A stretch of 62,027 bases of DNA from Litorimonas sp. (GCA_039962885.1 JBDVGI010000022.1:1-62027); one strand, 5' to 3'; shown: positions 48,100 through 59,161, counted from the stretch's first letter. Numbers and translations: made by a program. The notes: generated by a model from the sequence alone, not told the origin.

Positions 48100-49125
48100 T
48101 TAGTCTTTTTGGACAGAAACCGTGGATTTGAGCGCAATTGACGCATCACTGCGCTTTAGAAATTTGATTGGATTTACGCTCATAACGGTCAGAAGTTTGA
48201 AAAAGCCAATTTTACGTTCCACAAACTTTCGGCTTTTTACGATATTGGGTAAGCCTTTTAAAGCGCTTCCGACCCCTGTCCAAGTTGGTTTGGCGCGCCC
48301 TTTACGCCCTAGCGACCAGATTAAAAAGAGCAAGTTTAGGAGAATATGTGCGGGTATAAGTAAAATTAAGCTCCACAGAGGCATGCATTTTACAAATGTC
48401 CAAATTCGATTGCGCGTTCCATGATATACCGCAAAGGCCGAGGCGCGGCCGGATATCCCGCTACTGACATGGTCGACAATGGCCTCTGCAGATTGAATAC
48501 ATATTCCGCCTGCTAGGCGTAGACGAAAGGCTAAATCTACGTCTTCATGATAGCAGAAAAATCTCTCATCAAAACCGTCAAGACGTAGAAAGCTCTCGCG
48601 CTGATAGAGGGCTGCGGCGGCGCAAGGGCCAAAGACTTCGCGGGTTTGCGGGTGATGCCCCTTGGATGAGTGGCCAAATTTTCCGCGCCACGCAATACCG
48701 CTAATATGGTAAAAATCTCCGACGCCGTCATATATATTGGACTCTAATGCCATATATTGCGTGCTACCTACCATTGTGACATTGGGCGCAAGGTGGGTTG
48801 CCTCTAACAATTTCGCAAGCCATTGGGGCCGTGCAAAGGCATCAGGGTTAAGCAGCGCGAGCCACTCGCCCTTTGCTGTTTTTGCGGCTAAATTATTCCC
48901 GCGCGCAAAGCCTGTGTTCTCGCCCAGCGGCATGATTGTAAATCTCTCATCAAGTTTAGGGAGAGTTTCCAGCGAGCCGTCCGTGGAGCCATTGTCAATA
49001 ATGATACACTCATAATCCGTATAAGTTTGTGCCAAAACTGAGCCAACACAGCGCGCGAGCCAGTCGCCGGCGTTGTAATTAACAATTATGATGGAAATTT
49101 TTGGAATAATTAGGCCTTCATACAT
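48100..49125 (-). CDS. Glycosyltransferase family 2
   Basis: IIIVNYN, IDNGSTDGS, NTGFARGNN, LLNPD, GFDERFFCYHEDVDL. Confidence 0.92.
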   Translation of the reverse strand: MYEGLIIPKISIIIVNYNAGDWLARCVGSVLAQTYTDYECIIIDNGSTDGSLETLPKLDERFTIMPLGENTGFARGNNLAAKTAKGEWLALLNPDAFARPQWLAKLLEATHLAPNVTMVGSTQYMALESNIYDGVGDFYHISGIAWRGKFGHSSKGHHPQTREVFGPCAAAALYQRESFLRLDGFDERFFCYHEDVDLAFRLRLAGGICIQSAEAIVDHVSSGISGRASAFAVYHGTRNRIWTFVKCMPLWSLILLIPAHILLNLLFLIWSLGRKGRAKPTWTGVGSALKGLPNIVKSRKFVERKIGFFKLLTVMSVNPIKFLKRSDASIALKSTVSVQKD

Positions 49126-49213
49126 GTGACATATGCGGTAACATATAATGCGGAGTTTATCGGGCTCTTACAGCTTTGTCACCTGCGTTGCCGAAATTGT
49201 GCGTCAATATGAG

Positions 49214-49235
49214 CATATAACAAAACTATTATATG
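49214..49235. promoter_or_regulatory. SahR-like operator CATATAA-N8-TTATATG upstream of ahcY-metK
   Basis: 7-bp inverted repeat next to TTGACG (49239). Resembles the alphaproteobacterial SahR motif (from recall). Confidence 0.55.
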
Positions 49236-49302
49236 ATGTTGACGCAGCCCCCCTTTACGCTTAATTGGCTCTCAACATTCATTCATAAACATGAGGCCTG
49301 CT

Positions 49303-50712
49303 ATGAGCGCTCAAGACTACATTGTAAAAGACATTTCCCTCGCCGAATTTGGCCGTAAGGAACTCGACATTGCCGAAACCGAAATGCCAGGCCTTATGGC
49401 TCTGCGCGAGGAGTTTGGTCAAAGCAAACCTTTGACAGGTGCGCGCGTTGTTGGTTCGCTTCATATGACAATTCAAACGGCGGTTTTAATTGAAACTTTG
49501 ACAGCTCTTGGCGCGGATGTGCGCTGGGCATCCTGTAATATTTACTCGACCCAAGATCACGCCGCGGCAGCTATCGCACAAACGGGTGTTCCTGTTTTTG
49601 CAATCAAAGGCCAAAGCCTAGAAGAGCATTGGGATTATCTTGATAAATCTTTCTTGTTTGAAGATGGCCCGAATATCATCCTTGATGATGGCGGTGATGC
49701 AACGCTTTATATCCTGATGGGTGCGCGTGTTGAAAACGGCGAGCCTGAATTGGTTGAAGGTGAACCAGGGTCCGAAGAAGAAGAAGCAATTTTTGCGCAA
49801 ATCAAAAAACGTATGGCCGAAAGCCCGGGTTGGTTTACGAAAATGCGCGGCCAAATTGTTGGCGTGTCTGAAGAAACAACAACGGGCGTTCACCGTCTTT
49901 ATGAGCTCGTTGAAAAAGGACAGCTTCCATTCCCTGCGATTAACGTGAACGACTCGGTCACAAAATCTAAGTTCGATAATAAATATGGCTGTAAAGAGTC
50001 GCTTGTCGACGGCATTCGCCGTGCAACAGATACGATGATGGCAGGCAAGACGGCGGTTGTTTTAGGTTACGGTGATGTGGGCAAGGGCTCTGCGGCCTCT
50101 CTGCGCGGCGCGGGTGCGCGCGTAAAGGTTACGGAAATTGACCCGATCTGCGCCCTTCAAGCGGCAATGGACGGCTTTGAAGTAACCACATTGGAAGACA
50201 CTGTTGCCGATGCGGACATTTTTGTGACAACAACTGGCAATAAAGACGTTATCCGTCTCGAGCATATGCGCGAAATGAAAGACATGGCGATTGTTGGCAA
50301 TATCGGTCACTTCGACAATGAAATTCAGGTCGCATCTTTGCAAAACATGGAATGGACAAATATTAAAGATCAAGTCGATATGGTCACATTTCCGAAAGGC
50401 AACCGGATGATCTTGCTCTCTCAAGGGCGTTTGCTCAATCTGGGCAATGCAACAGGCCATCCTTCATTCGTCATGTCGGCCTCATTTACCAACCAAGTTT
50501 TAGCGCAAATTGAACTTTGGGAAGATAGCAAAGCTGCGTCGCGTAAATATGAAAATAAAGTCTATATGTTACCTAAGCATCTGGACGAAAAAGTCGCGCG
50601 TTTGCATCTTGAAAAAATCGGCGTGAAGTTAACGGAAATGAGCAAAGAGCAAGCCGATTATATCGGTGTTGCGCAATCTGGCCCTTATAAGCCAGAGCAT
50701 TACCGTTACTAA
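49303..50712 (+). CDS. ahcY: Adenosylhomocysteinase
   Basis: [47 protein letters not shown]. Confidence 0.97.
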   Translation: MSAQDYIVKDISLAEFGRKELDIAETEMPGLMALREEFGQSKPLTGARVVGSLHMTIQTAVLIETLTALGADVRWASCNIYSTQDHAAAAIAQTGVPVFAIKGQSLEEHWDYLDKSFLFEDGPNIILDDGGDATLYILMGARVENGEPELVEGEPGSEEEEAIFAQIKKRMAESPGWFTKMRGQIVGVSEETTTGVHRLYELVEKGQLPFPAINVNDSVTKSKFDNKYGCKESLVDGIRRATDTMMAGKTAVVLGYGDVGKGSAASLRGAGARVKVTEIDPICALQAAMDGFEVTTLEDTVADADIFVTTTGNKDVIRLEHMREMKDMAIVGNIGHFDNEIQVASLQNMEWTNIKDQVDMVTFPKGNRMILLSQGRLLNLGNATGHPSFVMSASFTNQVLAQIELWEDSKAASRKYENKVYMLPKHLDEKVARLHLEKIGVKLTEMSKEQADYIGVAQSGPYKPEHYRY

Positions 50713-50865
50713 GTTTTTGGCTTTAATATTGCGCGTCGCCTGTGGCGGCGCTTTATACCTATTGCAGATTTATAACTCACAAGACTCTCAATAATAATAA
50801 AAAGCCCAATACGCCCCTGACTAAATTGGCATGGCGTCAAAGAGCCTTAAAACTAGGAGCGGCAC

Positions 50866-52059
50866 ATGGCCCGTCAAACTTATTATTTTACATCTGAATC
50901 CGTATCAGAAGGTCATCCTGACAAAGTTTCAGACCGTATTTCCGACGAAATTGTTGATTTATATTTTCGGAAATCTGTCGCAGCAGGCATGTCACCTTGG
51001 GATGTTCGGGTGGCGGCTGAAACGCTAACAACAACAAATAAGGTTGTGATTGCCGGTGAAACGCGCGGCAAAGACGTCTCTAAAGATGAAATCGAAGCCG
51101 TCGCTCGTGCAGCCATCAAAGATATTGGTTATGAGCAATCTGGGTTTCATCATGCCCATGCTGACGTTGATGTTTTATTGCACGCGCAATCTGTTGATAT
51201 TGCCGCTGGCGTGGATGAGGGCACAGGCACTCACAAAGAAGAAGGTGCGGGCGATCAAGGTATTATGTTTGGTTATGCGTCCAATGAAGTGCCAGAGGCG
51301 CTCATGCCAGCTCCGATTTATTACAGTCATAAAATTCTTGAGCGTCTGGCGCAGGTCCGTCATTCGGGCGCGGAAAAAGGCCTAGAGCCTGATGCCAAAT
51401 CGCAAGTCTCTATTCGCTATGAAAATGGCAAACCCGTCGAAGCCTCTGCTATTGTTCTGTCGACACAGCATTTGGAGGGGCTAAGCCCGTCAGATGTTGC
51501 GGATATTGTGAAGCCTTATATCCATGAAACTCTTCCCGAGGGATGGATTACGGATAAAACTGTTTTTCATATTAATCCAACAGGGAATTTCGTCATTGGC
51601 GGGCCTGATGGAGATGCAGGATTGACGGGACGTAAGATTATTGTGGACACTTATGGCGGCATGGCTCCACATGGCGGCGGCGCGTTTTCGGGTAAAGATC
51701 CAACAAAAGTTGACCGTTCTGCGGCTTATGCGTCGCGCTATTTGGCTAAAAATGTTGTCGCGTCTGGACTTGTGGATTGGTGCAATATTCAACTTTCTTA
51801 TGCGATTGGTGTGGCGGAACCGACATCTGTTTATGTTGAACTCGATGAACAACATGCCGCACTAGCTGAGCGTCTTGAGGCCGTTCTACCAAAATTGATG
51901 AGCCTAACGCCGCGCGGCATTCGGTCTCATTTGAATTTAAATCAAGCAATTTATGCGCGTACGGCTGCCTATGGTCATTTTGGCCGCACGCCAGATGCGG
52001 ATGGCGGATTTTCTTGGGAAAAAATAGACCTTGTTGAGGCAATTCGCGCCGCAGTTTGA
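50866..52059 (+). CDS. metK: S-adenosylmethionine synthetase
   Basis: [35 protein letters not shown]. Confidence 0.97.
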   Translation: MARQTYYFTSESVSEGHPDKVSDRISDEIVDLYFRKSVAAGMSPWDVRVAAETLTTTNKVVIAGETRGKDVSKDEIEAVARAAIKDIGYEQSGFHHAHADVDVLLHAQSVDIAAGVDEGTGTHKEEGAGDQGIMFGYASNEVPEALMPAPIYYSHKILERLAQVRHSGAEKGLEPDAKSQVSIRYENGKPVEASAIVLSTQHLEGLSPSDVADIVKPYIHETLPEGWITDKTVFHINPTGNFVIGGPDGDAGLTGRKIIVDTYGGMAPHGGGAFSGKDPTKVDRSAAYASRYLAKNVVASGLVDWCNIQLSYAIGVAEPTSVYVELDEQHAALAERLEAVLPKLMSLTPRGIRSHLNLNQAIYARTAAYGHFGRTPDADGGFSWEKIDLVEAIRAAV

Positions 52060-52121
52060 TAGCCTTCATGTAAGATTTTAACATTTAAAAGTGGTTTTTT
52101 GATGGTTGCTTTATAGAGACG

Positions 52122-52175
52122 AAAAAGGGGCAACCTGATTAAAAACGGGGCACTGTGTTCAATCTGATTGCCCCT
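52122..52175. terminator. Long hairpin, U-tract on the minus strand
   Basis: aaaaaggggcaa...ttgcccct. Confidence 0.5.
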
Positions 52176-52326
52176 AAGCCCGCATCGCCCCGCTACGCGC
52201 TTGGTCGCCCCGCACTGTATTTTTACAGTTAAATAATTGTGAGGAGCGTGACCTTTGTCACGATTTAAGGTTTTTTAGAATTTTTTATTTATGCTATTTG
52301 TTTTTGATGATCATCTCATATAGGCG

Positions 52327-52899
52327 GTGCATGTGATAGATATTGATCCAAAAACTTTGGTTTGCGTGGCTATGTGCGCAGGGGCCTTCGGTGTAAAAGG
52401 CGAAATTAAATTGAAGTCTTTTACGCAAGACCCAAAAGACTGTGTCCTTTATGGGCCGCTCTATAATAACATGGGTAAGATTATCCTGACGCGACAAAGC
52501 CATCGTGTCATGACGCATCATATTGCTCTGAAAGCGGCGGAAATATCGCAGCGAGAAGATGCGCAAGCCTTAAGCGGGACGGAATTGTATGTCCCGCGTC
52601 ATGTTTTACCTGCCCCTGACAATGAAGATGATTTCTACTATTCTGACTTAATTGGCCTAGAGGTAAAAAGTACAAGCGGGCAACGTATGGGTAAAATTAT
52701 TGCCGTGCATGAATTTGGCGCAGGCGATATGCTTGAGATACAACCCAGCGCAAAAACGGCCGAAAAATCAGGTAAGGCTTCAGGAAGTTTTTTTCACCCT
52801 TTTACGAAAGCTGCCGTTCCGAAAATTGATTTGGCAACTCAACGAGTGATTATCCACATTGTCGAAGCGGAAAATGGCAGAGAGCCAAATTCCGTTTAA
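52327..52899 (+). CDS. rimM: Ribosome maturation factor RimM
   Basis: GAFGVKGEIK..SFT, FYYSDLIGL, FGAGDMLEI, PFTK..VP.ID. Confidence 0.92.
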   Translation: MHVIDIDPKTLVCVAMCAGAFGVKGEIKLKSFTQDPKDCVLYGPLYNNMGKIILTRQSHRVMTHHIALKAAEISQREDAQALSGTELYVPRHVLPAPDNEDDFYYSDLIGLEVKSTSGQRMGKIIAVHEFGAGDMLEIQPSAKTAEKSGKASGSFFHPFTKAAVPKIDLATQRVIIHIVEAENGREPNSV

Positions 52900-52993
52900 T
52901 TAACGCATAAATAAAGGTCATGAATAGAATCATACGTATAATATGCGAATTTTTATAGCGGAGGCGGCGATTTATCGGCTATAGAGAAGGCTG

Positions 52994-55279
52994 ATGACCT
53001 CCAACCCTAACATGCATATGCCTGTAAAGCCCCTTATGCCGTCTATCCGAAAGGCTATGGCGGGGACTGAATCCGTACAAGAGCGCCTTGATGGTTTCGT
53101 TCTGGCCATTGTGGAATCCATGCAAGCGGATGTGTCATCGATATATTTATTGCGTAAGGGCGATGAATTAGAGTTATCTGCAACCAAAGGCTTGAAAAAA
53201 TCCGCCGTGCATAAAACGCGTCTTAAACCCGGCGAAGGTTTGGCGGGACATGTGGCCCTAACGGCCAAGCCTTTGAATTTAGCAGACGCGCCCTCTCACC
53301 CCCTTTTTTCTTATCGTAAAGAAACGTGCGAAGATCTTTTGAAGTCTTTTCTGGCTGTTCCTATTTTACGAGGTGGACGGACTTTGGGCGTTTTGATTGT
53401 CCAATCTAAAGATGAGCGTAGTTTTAATGTTACTGAAGTTGAAGACTTGCTCACTGTTGCGATGGTGCTGGCGGAAATTATTATCGACGACGAGCGCATT
53501 GGCGGCAAAAGAGCCAAGTTAAAAGGTATTAGCCTTGCGCCAGTGCGGCCAGAAACTGTTAAAGGCAAAGCTTTTGCGGGAGGGCTGGTTAAGGGCAAGG
53601 CCTATTTGCATGTCCCGCTTGTGGCTCCGTCTAATCTTTTAGCGGATGATGTTGCCGTAGAGCAAAGCCGCCTAGAAGATGGATTGTCGGTTTTGCGGAC
53701 TTCAGTTGACGCAATTGTTGCGGGAGAAACGGCAAAATTATCGCGGGCATCGAAAGACATTTACGAAACTTACCGCATGTTTGCCTATGATAGAAAATGG
53801 AATAATCGTCTGCGCGAAGCTGTGCAATCGGGCCTGACCGCAGAAGCTGCGGTTGAACGTGTCCGAAATGAGCATCGTGCGCGGCTCATGAAAGCTAAAG
53901 ACCCTTATTTGCGGGCACGTTTGCATGATCTTGAGGACTTGGCTAACCGTCTTATACGGGCGCTGGCGGGCCATGCTCTTGGCATTGGAAATAAAAACAT
54001 CTCGGATGATGCCGTCATTTTTGCGCGTGACATTGGCCCAGCGGAATTGCTTGACTATGACCGCGAGAAACTCAAAGCCATTGTTCTTGAAGAAGGGTCG
54101 GCCAGTTCACATACAACTATTATCTGCCGCGCGCTTGGTATACCGATAGTTGGTCTGGCGGACGGGGTTTTGGATTTAATTGAGACGGGCGACCCTGTGC
54201 TTGTTGATGGCGAGGGTGGCTGTGTCCATATTCGCCCGCTAGATAGTCAAGATTCGGGCTTCCAGCTGCGTATTAATATTAAACAAGAGATCGACAAAGC
54301 CTATCAAGCGCAAAAGGACCTGCCTGCAAAAACTGTAGATGGGCGAGTTATATCTTTGCAATTAAATGCTGGATTGTTGATGGACTTACCTCAAATCGAC
54401 CAAGTTGGCGCAAACGGAATTGGACTGTTTCGAACTGAGTTTCAATTCATGGTCAGTGAATTTATGCCCCGTCTTAAACAACAAGCGGACTTATACCGCA
54501 AGGCGATAGAAGCTGCAGGGCCCCGGCCTGTAACTTTCCGAACACTTGATTTAGGTAGTGATAAAATCTTACCTTATATGGACCGTGTGCCCGAAGAAAA
54601 CCCCGCAATAGGTTGGCGCGCTATTCGTATTGCGCTCGATCGACCTGGGCTTATGCGCTATCAAATCCGCGCATTATTAGATGCTGCCGCTGGGTATAAG
54701 TTACGGATTATGTTTCCGATGGTATCGACGATTGACGAAATGATAGAGGCGCGCGCCTTATTTGATCGTGATCTCGTGCGGGCAACGGCCTTAGGAAACG
54801 ACTTACCGCATAAAATTGAAGTGGGTGTTATGCTCGAAACACCATCCTTGGCGTGGCAAGTTCAAGGGGTCTGTCAACATGTAGATTTTGTCAGCGTGGG
54901 CGCGAATGATTTGCTTCAGTTTTTCTTTGCAGCAGACCGAAATAATGCCCGTGTTTCAGATCGTTATGATCCGCTGCACCCTGCGGCTTTGTCGATTTTA
55001 AAATCTATTGCAGATGGGTGTCGCGCTCATGGTACGCCTGTTTCGGTTTGCGGAGAAATGGCAGGACGCCCACTTGAAGCGATTTGTCTCGCCGCTTTAG
55101 GATATGACACATTATCTATGCCAGTAACGGGTATTGGTCCTGTTAAGGCGGCACTGTTAAAGACAAATGCAACGGAGTTGCGTGATAGTCTAATACCGCA
55201 TTTGACCTCCGATTCAGCCAATGTTAGTTTGCGTCAGATTGTTGAAGCGTTCTGTCAATCCAATGGCATTCCTGTATAA
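52994..55279 (+). CDS. ptsP: PEP-protein phosphotransferase EI-Ntr
   Basis: N-terminal GAF, SSHTTI phospho-His, GIGLFRTEF, FRTLDLGSDK, EENPAIGWR, CGEMAG. Confidence 0.95.
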   Translation: MTSNPNMHMPVKPLMPSIRKAMAGTESVQERLDGFVLAIVESMQADVSSIYLLRKGDELELSATKGLKKSAVHKTRLKPGEGLAGHVALTAKPLNLADAPSHPLFSYRKETCEDLLKSFLAVPILRGGRTLGVLIVQSKDERSFNVTEVEDLLTVAMVLAEIIIDDERIGGKRAKLKGISLAPVRPETVKGKAFAGGLVKGKAYLHVPLVAPSNLLADDVAVEQSRLEDGLSVLRTSVDAIVAGETAKLSRASKDIYETYRMFAYDRKWNNRLREAVQSGLTAEAAVERVRNEHRARLMKAKDPYLRARLHDLEDLANRLIRALAGHALGIGNKNISDDAVIFARDIGPAELLDYDREKLKAIVLEEGSASSHTTIICRALGIPIVGLADGVLDLIETGDPVLVDGEGGCVHIRPLDSQDSGFQLRINIKQEIDKAYQAQKDLPAKTVDGRVISLQLNAGLLMDLPQIDQVGANGIGLFRTEFQFMVSEFMPRLKQQADLYRKAIEAAGPRPVTFRTLDLGSDKILPYMDRVPEENPAIGWRAIRIALDRPGLMRYQIRALLDAAAGYKLRIMFPMVSTIDEMIEARALFDRDLVRATALGNDLPHKIEVGVMLETPSLAWQVQGVCQHVDFVSVGANDLLQFFFAADRNNARVSDRYDPLHPAALSILKSIADGCRAHGTPVSVCGEMAGRPLEAICLAALGYDTLSMPVTGIGPVKAALLKTNATELRDSLIPHLTSDSANVSLRQIVEAFCQSNGIPV

Positions 55280-55284
55280 GGCCT

Positions 55285-55779
55285 ATGATGAAGATAGTTT
55301 ATATTTCTTGCTGCGCGGCTTTGATGTTGAGCGCTTGTCAAAACAAGATTGATGACAAAGACATAAATTTGTCTGACCAGACGCCAAAAATAGACCCAAA
55401 TGCGGTTGCGAAACCTGCTCCAATCAAAGTGCCGCTAAACGGCCTTATTACTGTATCTCCCGAAGTTTTAGTCAGTGAAGATGCAGCCTGCATCTTGCCT
55501 TTGCGCGTGTCTAACGGCACTGATAAAACAATTTCTGTGTCGATGTTTGATTTCAAAGTTACGGGATCTGGTCAACCCGATGCGGGTAATATGTTTGCCC
55601 GGCCAACCCCTTCGGGCGAGGCGCGTACGGCCCGAGTGATTTTAATTGGGCAGCCCTGCAACGCATTTAACACTGTAACGATTCCTGAAGTTTTATGTGT
55701 TTCAGAGGACTCTGAATGCTCAGTTGATGTTGGGTTTGAAGATAGCTCAGAAATTAAATTAATAAATCAAACTAATTAA
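55285..55779 (+). CDS. Hypothetical lipoprotein
   Basis: Lipobox LSAC and four further Cys. Confidence 0.65.
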   Translation: MMKIVYISCCAALMLSACQNKIDDKDINLSDQTPKIDPNAVAKPAPIKVPLNGLITVSPEVLVSEDAACILPLRVSNGTDKTISVSMFDFKVTGSGQPDAGNMFARPTPSGEARTARVILIGQPCNAFNTVTIPEVLCVSEDSECSVDVGFEDSSEIKLINQTN

Positions 55780-55820
55780 TTTAACTGGCTGTGTTATAAA
55801 TAATTAATAACCTTGATGGG

Positions 55821-56255
55821 TTAATTCAATTTAGTTTGGATTTTTTCAGCTAACTTTTTTAAATTTCCCATATCTGTCATATTTCCTTCGTCGTGGGCGG
55901 CGAGCGGTTCGTCGCTATAGCGCGGTATGATATGCACATGGGTATGAAACACAGTTTGCCCCGCTGGCGCGCCGTTAAATTGTGTAATAACAATTCCATC
56001 TGGTTTGAGTGCCAAGTCGACAGCTTTAGATATACGCTGAACAGCTCCAAATAAACGGCCAATATCTTTGGGGGCGACATCGAGCATATTGCGCGAAGCG
56101 GCTTTGGGGACAACAAGACAATGACCGCGAGATTGTGGGAAAACATCCATAAAACTGACGATGTGAGCGTCTTCAAAGAGTTTAACGCAAGGCATTTCCC
56201 CGCGTAAGATTTGCGCAAAAATATTATCTGGATCATATGGGGCGTGAAGAGTCAT
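55821..56255 (-). CDS. HIT family protein
   Basis: NIFAQILRGE, GH.LVVPK, GQTVFHTHVHIIPR. Confidence 0.93.
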   Translation of the reverse strand: MTLHAPYDPDNIFAQILRGEMPCVKLFEDAHIVSFMDVFPQSRGHCLVVPKAASRNMLDVAPKDIGRLFGAVQRISKAVDLALKPDGIVITQFNGAPAGQTVFHTHVHIIPRYSDEPLAAHDEGNMTDMGNLKKLAEKIQTKLN

Positions 56256-56730
56256 TCTGTGTCCTTAAAGCAGGTAGGGCGATATATGTGGCGTGAGCGC
56301 GAATAGCAATTACAAAAGGAATCAATAAGCTAGATATAAATATACCGATGAATATATCTCTACCTATCATGAAGATGGCTATCATGGTGACGGCGTAAAT
56401 TAAACTTAATAAGGCTAAGGGTAATAAATATAATCCAAAAAATGGGTTCATTGTTAAAATGCTAGCGTAAATAATGTCTTTCATCAGGCGAGGTCTAATC
56501 GGGTCGTAATCTGATGTAGGCTGCACTGTTTTTAAAAAGGTTTTGGCGGAGTCTATTTCGTGTTCTGGGAGCATAAGCCGAAAACCACCCAGCGCCCCGA
56601 CATAGGCAATCGCGATAAATCCATGGTGAAAGCCGAAAATTTCTGGATGAAATCCGCCTGACTCTAACAGGCTAAATAATGTTACGGCTTGTGCTGGATT
56701 GTCCGTTGCATGCGCGAGTATTAATGCCAT
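56233..56730 (-). CDS. Hypothetical membrane protein (DUF2007-like N-terminus)
   Basis: A....SLLESGG..P N-domain plus C-terminal TMs. Lies within the operon. Confidence 0.55.
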   Translation of the reverse strand: MALILAHATDNPAQAVTLFSLLESGGFHPEIFGFHHGFIAIAYVGALGGFRLMLPEHEIDSAKTFLKTVQPTSDYDPIRPRLMKDIIYASILTMNPFFGLYLLPLALLSLIYAVTMIAIFMIGRDIFIGIFISSLLIPFVIAIRAHATYIALPALRTQNDSSRPI

Positions 56731-56732
56731 GA

Positions 56733-57878
56733 TTAGGAACTTTCCGCCTTAAAGGGTGTGTGCTTTGTTAAAATATTGATATCATTTTTAACCGCATGAC
56801 GCTCATGTACAAGATAATCTTCAATAGCAGCGCGCAAACCCGTATGTGCCAGATAATGAGCGCTATGCGTGGTGACGGGTTCGTAACCGCGCGCGAGTTT
56901 ATGCTCGCCCTGCGCGCCCGCCTCGGCGCGCGGTAAGCCGAGCTCTAGAGCTGCGTCGATAGCTTGGTAGTAACAGAGTTCGAAATGTAAAAATGGCTTA
57001 TGTGTCAGGCAGCCCCAATTTCGGCCATAAAGTGCATCGCTTCCGATAAAGTTCAAGGCGGCAGCAATGGGCGTGCCGTCCATCCATGCCATGATAAGGA
57101 TAATGTCATCTCGCATTGTATCTTGCATCATCGCGAAAAACTGACGGGTTAGATATGGACGCCCCCATTTGCGCTGCCCTGTATCTAGATAGCATTGATA
57201 GAACACATCCCAATGTTCGGATTTAATGTCATCCCCCGTGAGGCGTTTTATAATCACGCCGTCTTGGGCATTTGCGCGTTCCTTGCGGATATTCTTACGT
57301 TTGCGAGAGGCGAGGCTATCTAAAAAATGGTCGAAATTATCATATCCGCGATTCATAAAATGAAATTGTCTGTCTTCGCGCGCCGCAAAGCCAACCTCCT
57401 TCAAAATATTTTTGTCGCCGTCTTGTAGGAAAGTTAGATGCGCCCCTGACATATTCCAGTCGTTGCAGGCTTGTATCATCGTCAAAGCCAGTGCGTGTTT
57501 ATGCTCATCATTTTTGGCTAAGAGACGCGGCCCTGTAGCGGGTGTAAACGGCACAGAACATTGCAGTTTAGGATAATAAGACCCGCCTGCTCGCTCCAAG
57601 GCATCGGCCCAACCATGATCGAAGACATATTCGCCTTGGCTATGGGTTTTAGCATAAAGCGGGGCCGCGCCGATTGCAGTACCGTCTTGGTCTTCAAGCC
57701 AAATATGGCGTGGGTGCCATCCTGTTTCTGGTGTGGCAGCCCCGCTTTGCTCGCAGGCGTGCAAAAACCGCCATGTCAGAAAAGGATGGTTACCATCTGG
57801 AATGAGGGCATCCCAATCAGCCTGAGATACATCACTGATGGAGGTTAAAATACGGGCTTGAAAAAGCGGTTCACTCAT
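56733..57878 (-). CDS. FemAB-like GNAT protein (DUF482 type)
   Basis: HSQGEYVFDHGWA, YYPKL..VPFTP, LYGRNWG, LHFELCYYQ, GAQGEHKLARG. Confidence 0.9.
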   Translation of the reverse strand: MSEPLFQARILTSISDVSQADWDALIPDGNHPFLTWRFLHACEQSGAATPETGWHPRHIWLEDQDGTAIGAAPLYAKTHSQGEYVFDHGWADALERAGGSYYPKLQCSVPFTPATGPRLLAKNDEHKHALALTMIQACNDWNMSGAHLTFLQDGDKNILKEVGFAAREDRQFHFMNRGYDNFDHFLDSLASRKRKNIRKERANAQDGVIIKRLTGDDIKSEHWDVFYQCYLDTGQRKWGRPYLTRQFFAMMQDTMRDDIILIMAWMDGTPIAAALNFIGSDALYGRNWGCLTHKPFLHFELCYYQAIDAALELGLPRAEAGAQGEHKLARGYEPVTTHSAHYLAHTGLRAAIEDYLVHERHAVKNDINILTKHTPFKAESS

Positions 57879-57905
57879 GAGGTTTATGTGCCGCCTTTTT
57901 ACCCG

Positions 57906-58382
57906 TTAATCAATCTCGATAACCGCGTCAATTTCGACAGCGACGTCCAAAGGTAAGCTTGGCGCGGAGACTGCAAAGCGTGCATGACGACCTGCATCAC
58001 CAAAAACAGCGACCATAATATCAGAGCAACCATTAATGATTTTCGGAATATCGGCGGTTGTCACGCTAGGGAGAGCTTGCACAAATCCGCCTAATTTGAC
58101 GACGCGTTTGACGCGCGATAAATCTCCGCCGCAGGCCGCTTTCATTTGCGCGATTAGGTTTAACGCGGAGAGTTTTGCGGCTTTTTGTCCTTGCTCTACG
58201 GTTAGGTCTTCGCCCAATCGTCCGCCAATGGCTACGTCGCCGATTTTTGAAATTTGGCCAGAAATGAAGACCATATTTCCGCAGGTTACATAGGGAACAT
58301 AATTAGCAACAGGCGCAGACGCAGCAGGTAAGGTGAGACCTAAAGCCGCGATACGGGCTTCGGCTGTATTTTCAGATGACAT
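57906..58382 (-). CDS. RidA/YjgF family protein
   Basis: PVANYVP, ISGQI, NGCSD, GRHARFAV..LP....VEID. Confidence 0.9.
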   Translation of the reverse strand: MSSENTAEARIAALGLTLPAASAPVANYVPYVTCGNMVFISGQISKIGDVAIGGRLGEDLTVEQGQKAAKLSALNLIAQMKAACGGDLSRVKRVVKLGGFVQALPSVTTADIPKIINGCSDIMVAVFGDAGRHARFAVSAPSLPLDVAVEIDAVIEID

Positions 58383-58461
58383 ATGGATGGCTCCTGTTTA
58401 CATAGTTAGATAAATCATGTTGGCAGCTTTGCCACAGAATGTGTAAATAGACGAGATAAAT

Positions 58462-59097
58462 ATGCCTGATAAATCCTCGAATATATCTCTGGATATGGAT
58501 CAAAAGCTCTCCTTGCCGCAACATCGTCCGCATGTCACAGAATTTTTGAAATTTCGGCGCTCGAATCTAGCAAAGTTAATGATAGAGCCCGGCCCCGATG
58601 CGGCTCAACTTGATGACATGCTAGAAATTGCGGCCCGCGTGCCAGATCACCGGAAACTCGCGCCGTGGCGATTTATTCTGTTTCAAGGCGATGCCCGCGC
58701 GAAATTTGGCCCGCATTTAGCCTCCGCCTTTACAAAGGCTAATCCTAACTTACCCGTTGACCGTGCTGTTTTTGAATCCGCGCGAATGACCCGTGCCCCG
58801 CTTGTTGTTGCCGTCATCTCGTCAGTCAAAATCTGCGCTCGCGGGACACCAAAGTGGGAGCAAAAACTTTCCGCAGGGGCGGTATGCTTTAACTTGTGTT
58901 TGGCGGCGCAATCCTTTGGATTTGGGGCACAATGGCTCACCGAATGGTATGCTTACAATGATGACATTAATGCGGCTTTAGGCTTAAGCGAGAACGAAAC
59001 TGTCGCGGGCTATATTTATATTGGCAGCGTTGATACAGCCCCTTCTCCTCGCGCTCGCCCAGATATGAGCCAGATTGTTAGCCGCTGGACAGGCTAA
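58462..59097 (+). CDS. Nitroreductase (YdjA-like)
   Basis: RRS, AARVPDHRKLAPWRF, GFGAQWLTEW. Confidence 0.9.
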   Translation: MPDKSSNISLDMDQKLSLPQHRPHVTEFLKFRRSNLAKLMIEPGPDAAQLDDMLEIAARVPDHRKLAPWRFILFQGDARAKFGPHLASAFTKANPNLPVDRAVFESARMTRAPLVVAVISSVKICARGTPKWEQKLSAGAVCFNLCLAAQSFGFGAQWLTEWYAYNDDINAALGLSENETVAGYIYIGSVDTAPSPRARPDMSQIVSRWTG

Positions 59098-59161
59098 TTT
59101 TGCGTGATGCGCGCGTACGGTTAAGTGTTGGCAAGTTCGTGCAAAATGCGTATGGCAAGAT

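Noticed and set aside
50712-50866. SAM/SAH riboswitch upstream of metK (or ahcY)
   Set aside because: Only a simple hairpin (gcgtcgcc/ggcggcgc) is present, with no SAM-alpha or SAH consensus recognised. A SahR-like DNA operator explains the regulation better.
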